Of a DNA stretch of 64,000 nucleotides, positions 9,374-18,229 are shown piece after piece. A program made the position numbers and the translations under genes. How positions within the stretch are numbered: the first letter of the stretch is position 1; each line of letters begins with the position of its first letter. A model generated the notes under the pieces. It searched no databases. It was not told the DNA's origin and saw only the letters and a list, made by a program, of their open reading frames with translations. Origin of the DNA: Alphaproteobacteria bacterium (GTDB taxonomy: Bacteria > Pseudomonadota > Alphaproteobacteria > Bin95); assembly GCA_965206075.1 (NCBI GenBank), contig CBDBIS010000001.1:104274-168273 (forward strand). Reading direction: 5' to 3'.

Positions 9374-9385
9374 CACATCATGACG
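9359..9385 (+). promoter_or_regulatory. CATGACA heptad x3 at 10-bp phasing (array 1 of 5)
   Basis: Read directly: 'catgacaaaa catgacacat catgacg'. Confidence 0.5.
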
Positions 9386-9554
9386 CTTCCGTGGAGGGGG
9401 TCCCCGCCTTCGAGCGTGTGAAGGAATCGGATTTGTCGGGTTTTGCGCTCACGGTTCGCGCCCATCCCGTCGCCCCGGAATGCCAATCCGCCGCCCGCAG
9501 CTCTCTCAATCCGGCAGTCCGCAAGCGGGAGGGCAGCGCCCGGATGGGGCGGCT

Positions 9555-9578
9555 ATGCCGAGAGACGACGCAGGGCAT
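9555..9578. promoter_or_regulatory. palindrome ATGCC-N14-GGCAT in duplicated promoter module (left copy)
   Basis: Read directly: 'atgccgagagacgacgcagggcat'. Conserved in the right-hand copy at 19858-19881. Confidence 0.45.
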
Positions 9579-9597
9579 AACTTTCGCGCATGCGGAA

Positions 9598-9624
9598 CAT
9601 GACATCGCATGACATTCCATGACA
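9598..9624 (+). promoter_or_regulatory. CATGACA heptad x3 at 10-bp phasing (array 2 of 5), ~80 nt upstream of regulator gene
   Basis: Read directly: 'catgacatcg catgacattc catgacacat'. Confidence 0.5.
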
Positions 9625-9705
9625 CATCGCAAGGGGGCTGGCGGCGCCATCGCATTGCCCCTGCCGTAGTCCGGCTATGGAACCGTCGGTATCGACCCGT
9701 CAACA

Positions 9706-10620
9706 ATGGTATTAATCCCGGAAACCATGGCCCAGGACGCTCTCGAAGAAGCCGGCGGCGGGCAGCCGCCCTACCTCACGACGAAGGAGGTGGCGGCGCT
9801 TCTGCGCGTGCGCGAACGCAAAGTGTACGACCTTGCCGCCGCTGGCGGGATTCCGCACCGGCGGATCACCGGCAAGCTGCTCTTCCCGCGCACGGAGATC
9901 CTGGCGTGGATCGAGGGCGGCGGCGATGCCGCGTCCCCGGAGCGGCCGGAGGTGTTGACCGGCTCTCACGACCCGCTCCTCGACTGGGCCGTGCGCGAGT
10001 CCGGCTCAGGCCTGGCGACGCTCTGGAACGGCAGCCTCGACGGCCTGGATTCCTTCGCCGGCGGCCGCGCGGCGCTTGCCGGGCTGCACATCCCGGAAGA
10101 AACGGACTGGAACGTCCGAACGGTGGCCGCGCGAGGCTTGCGCGGATCCGTGCTGATCGCCTGGGCCGGGCGGGCGCGCGGGCTTGTGCTCTCGGAAGCC
10201 ATGCGCGACCGGGTGCGCTGCATGTCCGACCTAAGGGGCAGGCGGGTCGTCATGCGCCAGCCGGGGGCGGGCGCGGCGGCGCTCTTCGAGGCGCTGCTCA
10301 CGAAGGAAGGGCTGACGGCCTCGGACCTCGTCCCCTCGGCGGAGCTGGCGCGGACCGAGAGCGACGCCGCAGCAGCGGTCGCGGCGGGAGAAGCGGATGC
10401 GGCCCCCGGTATCGAGGCGATGGCGCGGCAGTTCCATCTGCCGTTCCTGCCGCTGGTCAGCGAGCGGTTCGACCTGCTGATCGACCGGCGGGCCTATTTC
10501 ACCGGGCGGGTGCAGGCGCTTGTAGCCTTCGCGCGCGGCGGCGCCTTTCGGCGCAAGGCCGCCGCGATGGGCGGCTACGACCTGTCGGAGGCCGGGTCGG
10601 TGCGCTGGCTTTCCCCCTGA
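9706..10620 (+). CDS. HTH_17 (excisionase/MerR-type) + PBP-like domain protein; putative molybdate/tungstate-responsive transcriptional regulator
   Basis: N-terminal HTH ('YLTTKEVAALLRVRERKVYDLAAAGGIPHRRITGKLLFPRTEILAWIE') fused to a periplasmic-binding-protein-like domain. Located in the Mo/W transporter cluster. Confidence 0.65.
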   Translation: MVLIPETMAQDALEEAGGGQPPYLTTKEVAALLRVRERKVYDLAAAGGIPHRRITGKLLFPRTEILAWIEGGGDAASPERPEVLTGSHDPLLDWAVRESGSGLATLWNGSLDGLDSFAGGRAALAGLHIPEETDWNVRTVAARGLRGSVLIAWAGRARGLVLSEAMRDRVRCMSDLRGRRVVMRQPGAGAAALFEALLTKEGLTASDLVPSAELARTESDAAAAVAAGEADAAPGIEAMARQFHLPFLPLVSERFDLLIDRRAYFTGRVQALVAFARGGAFRRKAAAMGGYDLSEAGSVRWLSP

Positions 10621-11390
10621 CGGGCGAGCGACGGCACGCAGACCGTCCTGCCGTCGGCGAGGCGCTCCACCCGGACATCGACCCCGTAAACGGCGGACAG
10701 CGCCTCTTCGGTGAGGGCCGCGCCGGGCGCGCCGGTCGCCCTCACGCGCCCCTCGTGAAGCAGGGCGACATCGGTGCCGACGGCGAAGGCGTGGTCGGGA
10801 TCGTGGGTCGAGAGGACGACCGTGAGACCGTCCGACGCCAGCCCCGCGATCTCCCGCAGCACCAGCGCCTGGTTGCCGAAGTCGAGGCTGGCGGTCGGCT
10901 CGTCCATGATGAGCGCTGGCGTTTCCTGCGCGAGCGCACGGGCGACCAGCACGAGCTGGCGCTGGCCGCCGGAGAGGCGGGTGTAGTCGGCCTCCGCCAG
11001 ATCGCCGATCTGCAGGCGCTCCAGCGCGGCGCGGGCTGCCTCGCGGTCGGCCTCGCCCGGCTGGGCGAACAGCCCGAGCCTTGCCGTCCGGCCCATCAGC
11101 ACGACCTCGAAGGCGGACCAGGCGAAGGGCGGCGTATGCGCCTGCGGCACGTAGGCGACGCGGCGCGCGATCTCCGCGCGGGAAAGGCGGTCGAGCGGCC
11201 GGCCCTCCAGCAGCACCTGTCCGCCCCGCGCCGGAATGAGGCCGAGCTGCGTCCTGAACAGCGTGGTCTTGCCGGAGCCGTTGGGGCCGAGCAGGCAGAG
11301 CACCGCGCCCGGCCCGGCGGCGAGCGTGATGCCGGACCCGACCTCGTGCCCCGGATAGCCGATCGCGAGCTCGCGGGTTTCGACGGTCAT
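10575..11390 (-). CDS. ABC transporter ATP-binding protein (FecE/BtuD-type)
   Basis: Walker A 'GPNGSGKTTL', signature 'LSGGQRQLVLVARAL', Walker B 'LIMDEPT'. Start ATG overlaps the permease stop (ATGA). Confidence 0.85.
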   Translation of the reverse strand: MTVETRELAIGYPGHEVGSGITLAAGPGAVLCLLGPNGSGKTTLFRTQLGLIPARGGQVLLEGRPLDRLSRAEIARRVAYVPQAHTPPFAWSAFEVVLMGRTARLGLFAQPGEADREAARAALERLQIGDLAEADYTRLSGGQRQLVLVARALAQETPALIMDEPTASLDFGNQALVLREIAGLASDGLTVVLSTHDPDHAFAVGTDVALLHEGRVRATGAPGAALTEEALSAVYGVDVRVERLADGRTVCVPSLARQGESQRTDPASDRS

Positions 11391-12421
11391 GCCCATGCGC
11401 GCCGCCCCCGTGCGAGCAGCCAGAGGAAGAAGGGCGCGCCCACCACGGCCGTCAGGATGCCGAGCGGCACCTCCGCGGCCGAAATCGTGCGCGCGAGCGT
11501 ATCGACCGCCAGCATGTATCCGGCGCCGAGCAGGGCGGCGGCGGGCAGCAGCCGGCCGAAGCCGGGGCCGACGAGCATCCGGGCGATATGCGGAATGACC
11601 AGCCCGACCCAGCCGACGACGCCCGCGACCGCCACGACGCTCGCCGTGATGAGCGTGGCGCAGAGGATGACGACGAGGCGGAGCCGCCCGGCCTCGACGC
11701 CGAGCGCGCGCGCCTCCTCGTCGCCGAGCGCCAGCACATTGATCCGCCAGCGCAGCAGGACCAGCGGCAGGAGCCCGGCGGCCACGACCGGCGCGGCCGG
11801 GACGAGGTCCTCCGTCTTCACCCCGGCGAGGCTGCCGAGCAGCCAGAAGGTGATGGCGGGGAGCTGGTCGTACGGGTCGGCGAGGACCTTGAGCAGCGAG
11901 GTCGCCGCGCCGGCGAGCGCGCCGACCACCACACCCGCCAGGACGAGAATCAGCGTGCGGTCGCCGGTCTTCACCGCCGCGGCGACGAAACCGACGAGAG
12001 CGACGGCGCCGAGCCCGCCAGCGAATCCCAGGAGCTGGATCGCCGCGACCGGGAACGAAAGGAAGATGCCGAGCACCGCGCCGAGGCCCGCCCCGGCGGA
12101 CACGCCGAGAATGTCGGGCGACACGAGCGGGTTGCGGAAGATCGTCTGGTAGCATGCGCCCGCCGCCGCCAAGGCCGCGCCGACCAGCAGCGAGGCCGCG
12201 ACCCTTGGCAGGCGGATCGCCAGCAGCACGGTTTCCGCCCGGCCGGCGCTCTCGCCGCCCGTCAGCACCGAGACTGCCTCGACGAACCCGAGCGGATAGG
12301 GCCCGACCAGGAGCGCGGCGAAGCTGCCGAGGACCAGCGCGCCCGCGAGCCAGAGCGCCGCTCCGGCTCCCGTATCCCGGCGCTTGCGGATGGACTTCAG
12401 GGCGCGCGTCCCTTTGTCCAT
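11387..12421 (-). CDS. ABC transporter permease (FecCD/BtuC family)
   Basis: About 10 TM helices with FecCD-type motifs ('LLVGAALAAAGACYQTIFRNPLVSPDILGVSAGAGLG', 'VGWVGLVIPHIARMLVG'). Start at 'MDKGTRALKS', trimmed from the fused ORF 11387..13441. Confidence 0.8.
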   Translation of the reverse strand: MDKGTRALKSIRKRRDTGAGAALWLAGALVLGSFAALLVGPYPLGFVEAVSVLTGGESAGRAETVLLAIRLPRVAASLLVGAALAAAGACYQTIFRNPLVSPDILGVSAGAGLGAVLGIFLSFPVAAIQLLGFAGGLGAVALVGFVAAAVKTGDRTLILVLAGVVVGALAGAATSLLKVLADPYDQLPAITFWLLGSLAGVKTEDLVPAAPVVAAGLLPLVLLRWRINVLALGDEEARALGVEAGRLRLVVILCATLITASVVAVAGVVGWVGLVIPHIARMLVGPGFGRLLPAAALLGAGYMLAVDTLARTISAAEVPLGILTAVVGAPFFLWLLARGRRAWA

Positions 12422-13434
12422 TCGAGGAGCCGGTCGAGCTCCGCCGCGTCGAGATCGACATGGTACCAGAGCTTGTAGAAGGCGCGGGTTTCGGCGCGCA
12501 GGTCGCCTGGCCACAGGTCCGGATAGAAGAGCCCGGCAAGCCATTTCAGGCCCATCATGCGGTTGATGGAGGGCGGCCGGTCGATCCAGCCGAACGGCGC
12601 GGTCGGCGAGAGATAGACCCGGCCCCGGCGGACCGCCGCAATCCCCTGCCAGAGCGGGTCCCGCCAGACCCGGTCGTAGAAGGTCCGGTCCCAGGTGACG
12701 ATGGTGTCGGGATCGGCGACGATCACCTGTTCCGGCGAGGCCCGCACGAGCCCGTAACGGCCGGGCACGTCGGCCACGTTCCGTCCGCCGGCAAGCTCGA
12801 TGATCTCCGTGTTGATGGAGCCCTTCAGCCCGGTCTCCAGACCGTCCGGGCCGCGGGCGAGATAGACGCGCGGGCGCTCGTTCACGGGCACGGCGCCGAG
12901 TGCGGCCCGGAGTTCCGCGAACGTCGCCTCCACGTCCGCCGCCAGCGCCTCGCCCCGGTCGGGGACGCCGAGCGCGTCGCCCAGAAGACGGAGCGAGGCC
13001 GCCGTTTCCGCGAAGCGCCCGTTGACAAGGATATAGGGAATGTCGGTCTGGTCCTGAACGCGGTTTGCGAGGTCGATATAGGTGTCCCGCACGGAGCCGA
13101 AATCGACGATGAGGTCCGGCTCGAGCGCGATCACCCGTTCGAGGTTCGCGTCGCCGCCGCGCCCGGTGAGCCGCCCCGTTTCGGGAAGGTCGCGCCAGGG
13201 TTCGGCGATATAGGGCTTCTCGTAGTCGCGAAGCCTGCGCGGCCAGCCGAGCAGCGCTGCGGGCTTCAGCGCATAGATCAGGATCGAGGCGGGCGGCCCG
13301 GCTGCGAAGACGCGCTCCACCCGGTCCGGAATTTCCACGACCCTTCCGGCGGAGTCCCGGACGGTGCGCGCCTCGCCCGGCATGGCAAGGCCGGCGAACG
13401 CAACCGCCAGCAGGGACAGCAAGAGCCGCGTCAT
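12397..13434 (-). CDS. ABC transporter periplasmic substrate-binding protein (class III, FecB/BtuF-like)
   Basis: Signal peptide 'MTRLLLSLLAVAFAGLAMPGEA' followed by a cluster-A/class III SBP fold ('ALEPDLIVDFG'). Confidence 0.75.
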   Translation of the reverse strand: MTRLLLSLLAVAFAGLAMPGEARTVRDSAGRVVEIPDRVERVFAAGPPASILIYALKPAALLGWPRRLRDYEKPYIAEPWRDLPETGRLTGRGGDANLERVIALEPDLIVDFGSVRDTYIDLANRVQDQTDIPYILVNGRFAETAASLRLLGDALGVPDRGEALAADVEATFAELRAALGAVPVNERPRVYLARGPDGLETGLKGSINTEIIELAGGRNVADVPGRYGLVRASPEQVIVADPDTIVTWDRTFYDRVWRDPLWQGIAAVRRGRVYLSPTAPFGWIDRPPSINRMMGLKWLAGLFYPDLWPGDLRAETRAFYKLWYHVDLDAAELDRLLEWTKGRAP

Positions 13435-13473
13435 GCCGCAATCCTTACTCCAGCGAAAGCCCGCAGCCGACCG

Positions 13474-14289
13474 TCAGCCGCCGGCATTCGGGAAGAAGAG
13501 CTGCCGGCCGTCCACCCGGTACGACGCGATGGCCGCCTGCCCTTCTTTAGAGAGCACCCAATCGACGAACCGCCGGCCGAAGCCCGCCTTCACATTGGGA
13601 TGCCGCTCCGGATTGACCAGAACGATGCCGTATTGGTTGAACAGCCTGGGGTCGCCCTCGACAAGGATCCGATGGCCGTTCCTGTTGCCGAAGTTTGTCC
13701 AGCTCGCGCGGTCCGTCATCGCATAGGCATCCATGCCGGCGGCAGTGTTGAGGGTGGCACCCATGCCGGAACCCGTTTCGCGGTACCAGCTGCCGGAAGC
13801 CGCGGTTACGTCGATGTCGGCCTGCACCCAGAGCCGGAGCTCCGCCTTGTGCGTGCCGCTGTCGTCGCCGCGCGAGACGAATGGCGTACGGATGGCGGCA
13901 ATCCTCGCCAAGGCGGCCACGGCGTCATCCATGCCCGCGACGCCGGCGGGGTCGGATGCCGGCCCGACGATGATGAAGTCGTTGTACATGACGTCCGCCC
14001 GCCGGACACCGTGGCCGTCGGCCACAAATTTCTCTTCTGCGGGTCTGGCGTGCACGAGGAGCACGTCGCCATCGCCGTTCGCGGCATTCCTGATCGCCTG
14101 GCCGCTGCCGACGGCGACGACCCGCACCTCGATGCCGGTCTTCAGCCGAAAGATCGGCAGGATATGGTCGTAGAGGCCCGAGTTCTGGATCGAGGTCGTG
14201 GACTGGACGACAATGAATCGGTCTGCCGCCGCCGGTCCGAGGGCGATGAGGACGGCGGCAGCGACACCGAGAAGCGCGTTTCCGACCAT
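13474..14289 (-). CDS. tupA: tungstate/molybdate ABC transporter substrate-binding protein TupA
   Basis: TupA signature 'TTSIQNSGL' after a signal peptide. PBP-like_2 fold. Confidence 0.8.
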   Translation of the reverse strand: MVGNALLGVAAAVLIALGPAAADRFIVVQSTTSIQNSGLYDHILPIFRLKTGIEVRVVAVGSGQAIRNAANGDGDVLLVHARPAEEKFVADGHGVRRADVMYNDFIIVGPASDPAGVAGMDDAVAALARIAAIRTPFVSRGDDSGTHKAELRLWVQADIDVTAASGSWYRETGSGMGATLNTAAGMDAYAMTDRASWTNFGNRNGHRILVEGDPRLFNQYGIVLVNPERHPNVKAGFGRRFVDWVLSKEGQAAIASYRVDGRQLFFPNAGG

Positions 14290-14306
14290 GCTATGTCCGC
14301 CCGGCC

Positions 14307-15104
14307 TCAGCCTGCCGCGCGGTGCGGGGGTTCGAGAAAGAGCCGGCCCTCGAGCCAGGCGCGGACCGCGTCCGAGCGAGGCGCATCCAGCACATTCGAA
14401 ACGGGCCCGGTTTCCACCGTCCGGCCGGCATGCAGGAAGACCAGGTAGTCGCCGAGGCGCCGGGCCTGCCCGATGTCGTGGGTGACCAGCACGATGGCGA
14501 CGCCGCTCTCATGGGCTTCCCCGACCAGCCGTTCGATGGCATGGGTCGAACCCGGATCGAGGCTGGCCGTCGGTTCATCGAGGAACAACACGCGCGGCCG
14601 GCAGGCAAGCGCGCGCACGACCGCAAGCCGCTGCTGCTCGCCGCCGGAAAGCACGCGCGCCGGCCGGTTCGCCAGATTGCCGAGCCGGGAGCGTTCCATC
14701 GCCTCGGCCTCCCGCGCCGCACGCTCCGGACCCGAAAGACCGCGAACCGCAAGCGCGAAGCGGAGATTGGCGAGCACGGAGCGGCGCAGCAGCACCGGGC
14801 GCTGGAATACCATCGCCTGCCCGAGCCGGCCTTCGCGGTCGAGGGGCCGCCCCTGCCAGAGCACTTCACCGGCGGTCGGGCGAATCAGGCCGTGCAGCAG
14901 GCGCAGCAACAGGCTCTTGCCGGCGCCGTTGGCGCCCATCACCACCGTCCGCCTGCCGGGACGGATGTCGATATCGATCCCGTCGATAAGCCGCTTGCCG
15001 CCGGCATCGAAGCAGAGTGCGCTGGCCCGAAGCAAAGCCTCCGAGGGCGTATCCGCCTCGATTGCCGGCGTCGGCGAAGCCATATGGAATGCCGCCTCAG
15101 GCAT
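14307..15104 (-). CDS. tupC: tungstate ABC transporter ATP-binding protein TupC
   Basis: Walker A 'GANGAGKSLLL', signature 'LSGGEQQRLAVVRAL', Walker B 'LFLDEPT'. Alternative start 21 nt downstream at 15083. Confidence 0.75.
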   Translation of the reverse strand: MPEAAFHMASPTPAIEADTPSEALLRASALCFDAGGKRLIDGIDIDIRPGRRTVVMGANGAGKSLLLRLLHGLIRPTAGEVLWQGRPLDREGRLGQAMVFQRPVLLRRSVLANLRFALAVRGLSGPERAAREAEAMERSRLGNLANRPARVLSGGEQQRLAVVRALACRPRVLFLDEPTASLDPGSTHAIERLVGEAHESGVAIVLVTHDIGQARRLGDYLVFLHAGRTVETGPVSNVLDAPRSDAVRAWLEGRLFLEPPHRAAG

Positions 15105-15804
15105 AGGCCATCCGAACCGCCGAGGCCCGGAGCGCCATCACGGCCCCGTTTACGGCTACGGCGATGACGAGCAGCACGACACCGAGCGCGAGCGCGAGTT
15201 CCAGGTTGCCCTTCGAGGTCTCCAGCGCAATCGTCGTGGTCATCACGCGGGTTACATGGTTGATGTTGCCGCCGACGATGATGACAGCGCCTACCTCCGC
15301 CACCGCGCGGCCGAAGCCGGCGAGCGCCACGGTGAGCAGGCTGTAGCGGGCGTCCCACAACAGTGCGGCGACACGGTCGAGGGGACCGACGCCGAGGGAA
15401 TCGAATTGCTCGGCATATTCGCGGTAACAGTCCTCCACGACCTGCCGGCTCAGCGCCGCGACGATGGGCGTGACGAGGATCGTCTGGGCGATAATCATCG
15501 CTGCCGGGGTGTAGAGCAGCTGCAGCGGCCCGAGCGGTCCGGCGGCGGACAACATCAGGTAGGCGATCAGCCCCACCACTACGGGCGGCAGGCCCATCAG
15601 CGAATTCAGGATGACGATGACTGCCATCCGGCCGGGAAACCGGAAAGCGCCTACCGCAGCGCCGAGCGGCAGGCCGATGACGCAGGAGATGGCGACAGCC
15701 GTCAGCGTCACCCGCAGCGACAGGCCGACAATCTCGATGAGATCGGAGTCCCAGGAGAGGATCAGGCCCACAGCCTCAGCGAGTATCAGCCAGAAACCTT
15801 CCAC
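15097..15804 (-). CDS. tupB: tungstate ABC transporter permease TupB
   Basis: ABC transporter permease (TupB) membrane domain in the C-terminal ~236 aa of ORF 15097..17112. GTG start with 'gagggagg' Shine-Dalgarno 9 nt upstream. Confidence 0.7.
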   Translation of the reverse strand: MEGFWLILAEAVGLILSWDSDLIEIVGLSLRVTLTAVAISCVIGLPLGAAVGAFRFPGRMAVIVILNSLMGLPPVVVGLIAYLMLSAAGPLGPLQLLYTPAAMIIAQTILVTPIVAALSRQVVEDCYREYAEQFDSLGVGPLDRVAALLWDARYSLLTVALAGFGRAVAEVGAVIIVGGNINHVTRVMTTTIALETSKGNLELALALGVVLLVIAVAVNGAVMALRASAVRMAYA

Positions 15805-15945
15805 TCTGCAATTCCTCCCTCGATTCGGAAGAAAAGCACAAAAATCAACCTGAATCGACAAAAAGAGCAGAAGTTTCGGTGCGGAAATCGGTTCGGATTG
15901 CGCCGCCGGTCCGGGCTTTCGCAGGGCGCTTCCGGACTGTAGGCT

Positions 15946-17124
15946 TTGGGGCAAGACAGGCACGAAAACAACAAGATAGCCATGATGCCTGGGTTCGGAG
16001 GACAAGGCGCGGGACGTCTGGAGCGCCTGCGGTCGGCAAGCGGGGAGCTGTCGGGCGCTTTCGGCGATCTGGGCACATTCCTGCCCTATGTCGTGGCGGC
16101 GGTGGGCGCGGGCATTCTCGCGCCGACGCCGGTCTTCGCAGGCTTCGCGGCCGGCTATGTCCTCGTCGCCGCCGTTTACCGCCTGCCCATATCCGTCCAG
16201 CCGATGAAGGCGTTGGGCGCAGTCATTATTGCCGGCGGCCTCACGGCCGTGGAAACCGCCTGGGCAGGCGGCATCGTCGGCGCGGTCCTGCTCCTGCTTG
16301 CGGCCGTCCCGTCGTTCGAAAGGGCGACCCGCGCGATTCCCCGATCGGTAGTCACCGGCCTCCAGGCCGGGCTCGGCCTCATGCTGGGAACGGTGGCCTT
16401 CGGCCTGATGAGCAGCGACTGGGTCATGGCACTGGCCGCCCTTGCCGCGCTGTCGCTCGCCTTTCTCCTGCCGAGGGGGCCGTGGGTCCCGCTTGTCGTC
16501 GTAGGCGCCGTGCTGCTGGTTCCCCACACCGGGCCGCCGATTCCCCCGGCAATGCCCGCCGGGGGAATCGACTCCATCCATGCCGTGCTCTCGGGAGTGC
16601 TCGCGCAACTGCCGCTGACCCTGCTCAATGCCGTGGTGGTCGCCGCGGCGGTTGCCCGTTCGCTCTATCCGGACCGGGCCGCGCGCGTGAGCGAACGGAA
16701 GCTCGCGGCCACCAACGGGCTGATGAACCTCCTGCTTGCCCCGCTGGGCGCCATGCCGATGTGCCACGGCGCCGGCGGCATCGCCGCCCATCGCAGGTTC
16801 GGCGCGCGCGGCATGGGTGCGCCGCTGATTATGGCCGCCTTCTGCTGCACGGTCGTTGCGATAGGACCGGAGATCGTCGGTCTGCTCATGTCGGTCCCGC
16901 CGGCGGTCGTCGGCGCGCTGCTCATCTATGCGGCAGTCGATCTGATCTTCACGCCAAGACTGCTCGACGCGCGACCCGACTGCCGGCCGGTCATCGCCGC
17001 CGCCGCGCTTGCCACGGTCTTCCTGGGTGCGCTCGCAGGCCTGATTACGGGCCTGGCAGCGGAGGGCCTGCGCGTCTATGTCCGGCGCAGGCATCGGTCC
17101 GGTTCCACGCACAGCAGCGGCTAG
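15946..17124 (+). CDS. MOT1-family (MFS-like) molybdate transporter
   Basis: Matches both conserved MOT1 motifs: 'ELSGAFGDLGTFLPYVVA ... SVQPMKALGAVII' and 'LGAMPMCHGAGGIAAHRRFGARG'. About 390 aa with ~10 TM segments. Start codon uncertain within the first 15 codons. Confidence 0.7.
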   Translation: MGQDRHENNKIAMMPGFGGQGAGRLERLRSASGELSGAFGDLGTFLPYVVAAVGAGILAPTPVFAGFAAGYVLVAAVYRLPISVQPMKALGAVIIAGGLTAVETAWAGGIVGAVLLLLAAVPSFERATRAIPRSVVTGLQAGLGLMLGTVAFGLMSSDWVMALAALAALSLAFLLPRGPWVPLVVVGAVLLVPHTGPPIPPAMPAGGIDSIHAVLSGVLAQLPLTLLNAVVVAAAVARSLYPDRAARVSERKLAATNGLMNLLLAPLGAMPMCHGAGGIAAHRRFGARGMGAPLIMAAFCCTVVAIGPEIVGLLMSVPPAVVGALLIYAAVDLIFTPRLLDARPDCRPVIAAAALATVFLGALAGLITGLAAEGLRVYVRRRHRSGSTHSSG

Positions 17125-17143
17125 CTCGCCCGGAACGGACGGC

Positions 17144-18229
17144 TCAGGCGCCGCCTACTTCTTCCGGTGCGATGGCGACGGTCTTGATGACGGCGTGGCA
17201 ATGCACGCCCGCCGCCAGCCCCAGCGCCTCGGTCGAACGGCGGGTCGAGCGGGAGAGGATCGTGCCGGCCTTCGTGCGAAGCGACACGATGGCTCCCGGC
17301 CCCTCTCCCGCCCGGACCGACTCGACCGTGCCGGGCAGGATGTTCAGCGCCGACAGGCCCTCCGGTTCCTGGCGGGACAACAGCACTTCATGCGCCGCGA
17401 TCCGGACCCTGATCCGGCTGCCCGGCGGATGCGGGACCCTCGGCAGGAACAGGCGTACGCCGCCCGCATCGATCTCCGACAGGCCGTCGGCATGGTGCGT
17501 GACGACCGCCGCCTCCAGCACCGCGCCCGCACCGCGCGCGCCGAGCGGCGTGACTGTCGGGTCGCCCAGCACCTCGACCGCAGGCCCCTGGCGCACCACG
17601 CGCCCGTCCTGCAGGGCGATCACGGTGGTCGCGAGGCGCGCGACCTCCGCCGCCGAGTGGCTCACATAGAGGACCGGCACCGACACCTCGTCCCGAAGCC
17701 GTTCGAAATAGGGCAGGATCTCGGCCTTCCGCGCCTCGTCCAGGGACGCCAGCGGCTCGTCCGCCAGGATGAGCCTGGGACTCGCGAGCAGCGCCCGCCC
17801 GATCGCAATCCGCTGTTTCTCGCCGCTCGACAGCGCTCCGGGGCGGCGGCCCAGCAGGTGGCCGATGCCGAGCATGTCCACGATGCGTCCCATGTCCTCG
17901 CGCGGCCCGTTCTTCGGCGCGAACCAGCGGCCGTACTGCAGGTTCTGCCTCACGGTAAGGTGCGGAAACAGCCGCCCCTCCTGGAAAATGTAGCCGAGCC
18001 GGCGCCGGTGGGCGGGAAGCCAGGCGCCGCGCTCCGTATCGAACAGCACCCAGCCGTCGGCAACCGCGCGCCCGGCCTGCGGCCTCAACAGGCCTGCGAC
18101 GGCGTTGACGGTCGTCGTCTTGCCGGAGCCGGAGCGGCCGAAGAGCACGGTGACGCCCGGCGGCGCCTCGAACGAAACATCGAGTTCGAAGCCGGGGAAG
18201 GCGTGGCGGATGGCGACGGAAAGCGTCAT
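17144..18229 (-). CDS. modC: molybdate ABC transporter ATP-binding protein ModC (with C-terminal TOBE/Mop domain)
   Basis: Walker A 'GRSGSGKTT', signature 'LSSGEKQRIAIGRAL', Walker B 'LILADEPL', plus a C-terminal Mop-like domain. Start 'MTLSVAIRHAF' overlaps the modB stop. Upstream 520 codons of the ORF are read-through. Confidence 0.85.
   Translation of the reverse strand: MTLSVAIRHAFPGFELDVSFEAPPGVTVLFGRSGSGKTTTVNAVAGLLRPQAGRAVADGWVLFDTERGAWLPAHRRRLGYIFQEGRLFPHLTVRQNLQYGRWFAPKNGPREDMGRIVDMLGIGHLLGRRPGALSSGEKQRIAIGRALLASPRLILADEPLASLDEARKAEILPYFERLRDEVSVPVLYVSHSAAEVARLATTVIALQDGRVVRQGPAVEVLGDPTVTPLGARGAGAVLEAAVVTHHADGLSEIDAGGVRLFLPRVPHPPGSRIRVRIAAHEVLLSRQEPEGLSALNILPGTVESVRAGEGPGAIVSLRTKAGTILSRSTRRSTEALGLAAGVHCHAVIKTVAIAPEEVGGA

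Larger units (their letters stand above)
8558..9650. repeat. left arm of large inverted repeat flanking the Mo/W transport island (outer segment 8558-8720 and inner segment ~9380-9650 are homologous to 21050-20880 and 20050-19800 in inverted orientation)
   Basis: Direct comparison. The reverse complement of 8580-8720 matches 20890-21040 at ~85-90% identity. The reverse complement of 9480-9625 matches 19812-19960, including the ATGCC-N14-GGCAT palindrome and the CATGACA heptad triplet. Confidence 0.8.

Noticed and set aside
9609-12152. 847-aa plus-strand ORF starting 'MTFHDTS'
   Set aside because: The start is generated by the CATGACA heptad repeats (ATGACAttCATGACAcat). The body is antisense to the ABC ATPase and permease genes and is low-complexity.
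11387-13441. 684-aa ORF fusing substrate-binding protein-antisense junk and the FecCD permease
   Set aside because: The permease begins at the internal ATG ('MDKGTRALKS'). The substrate-binding protein is encoded in another frame (12397..13434).
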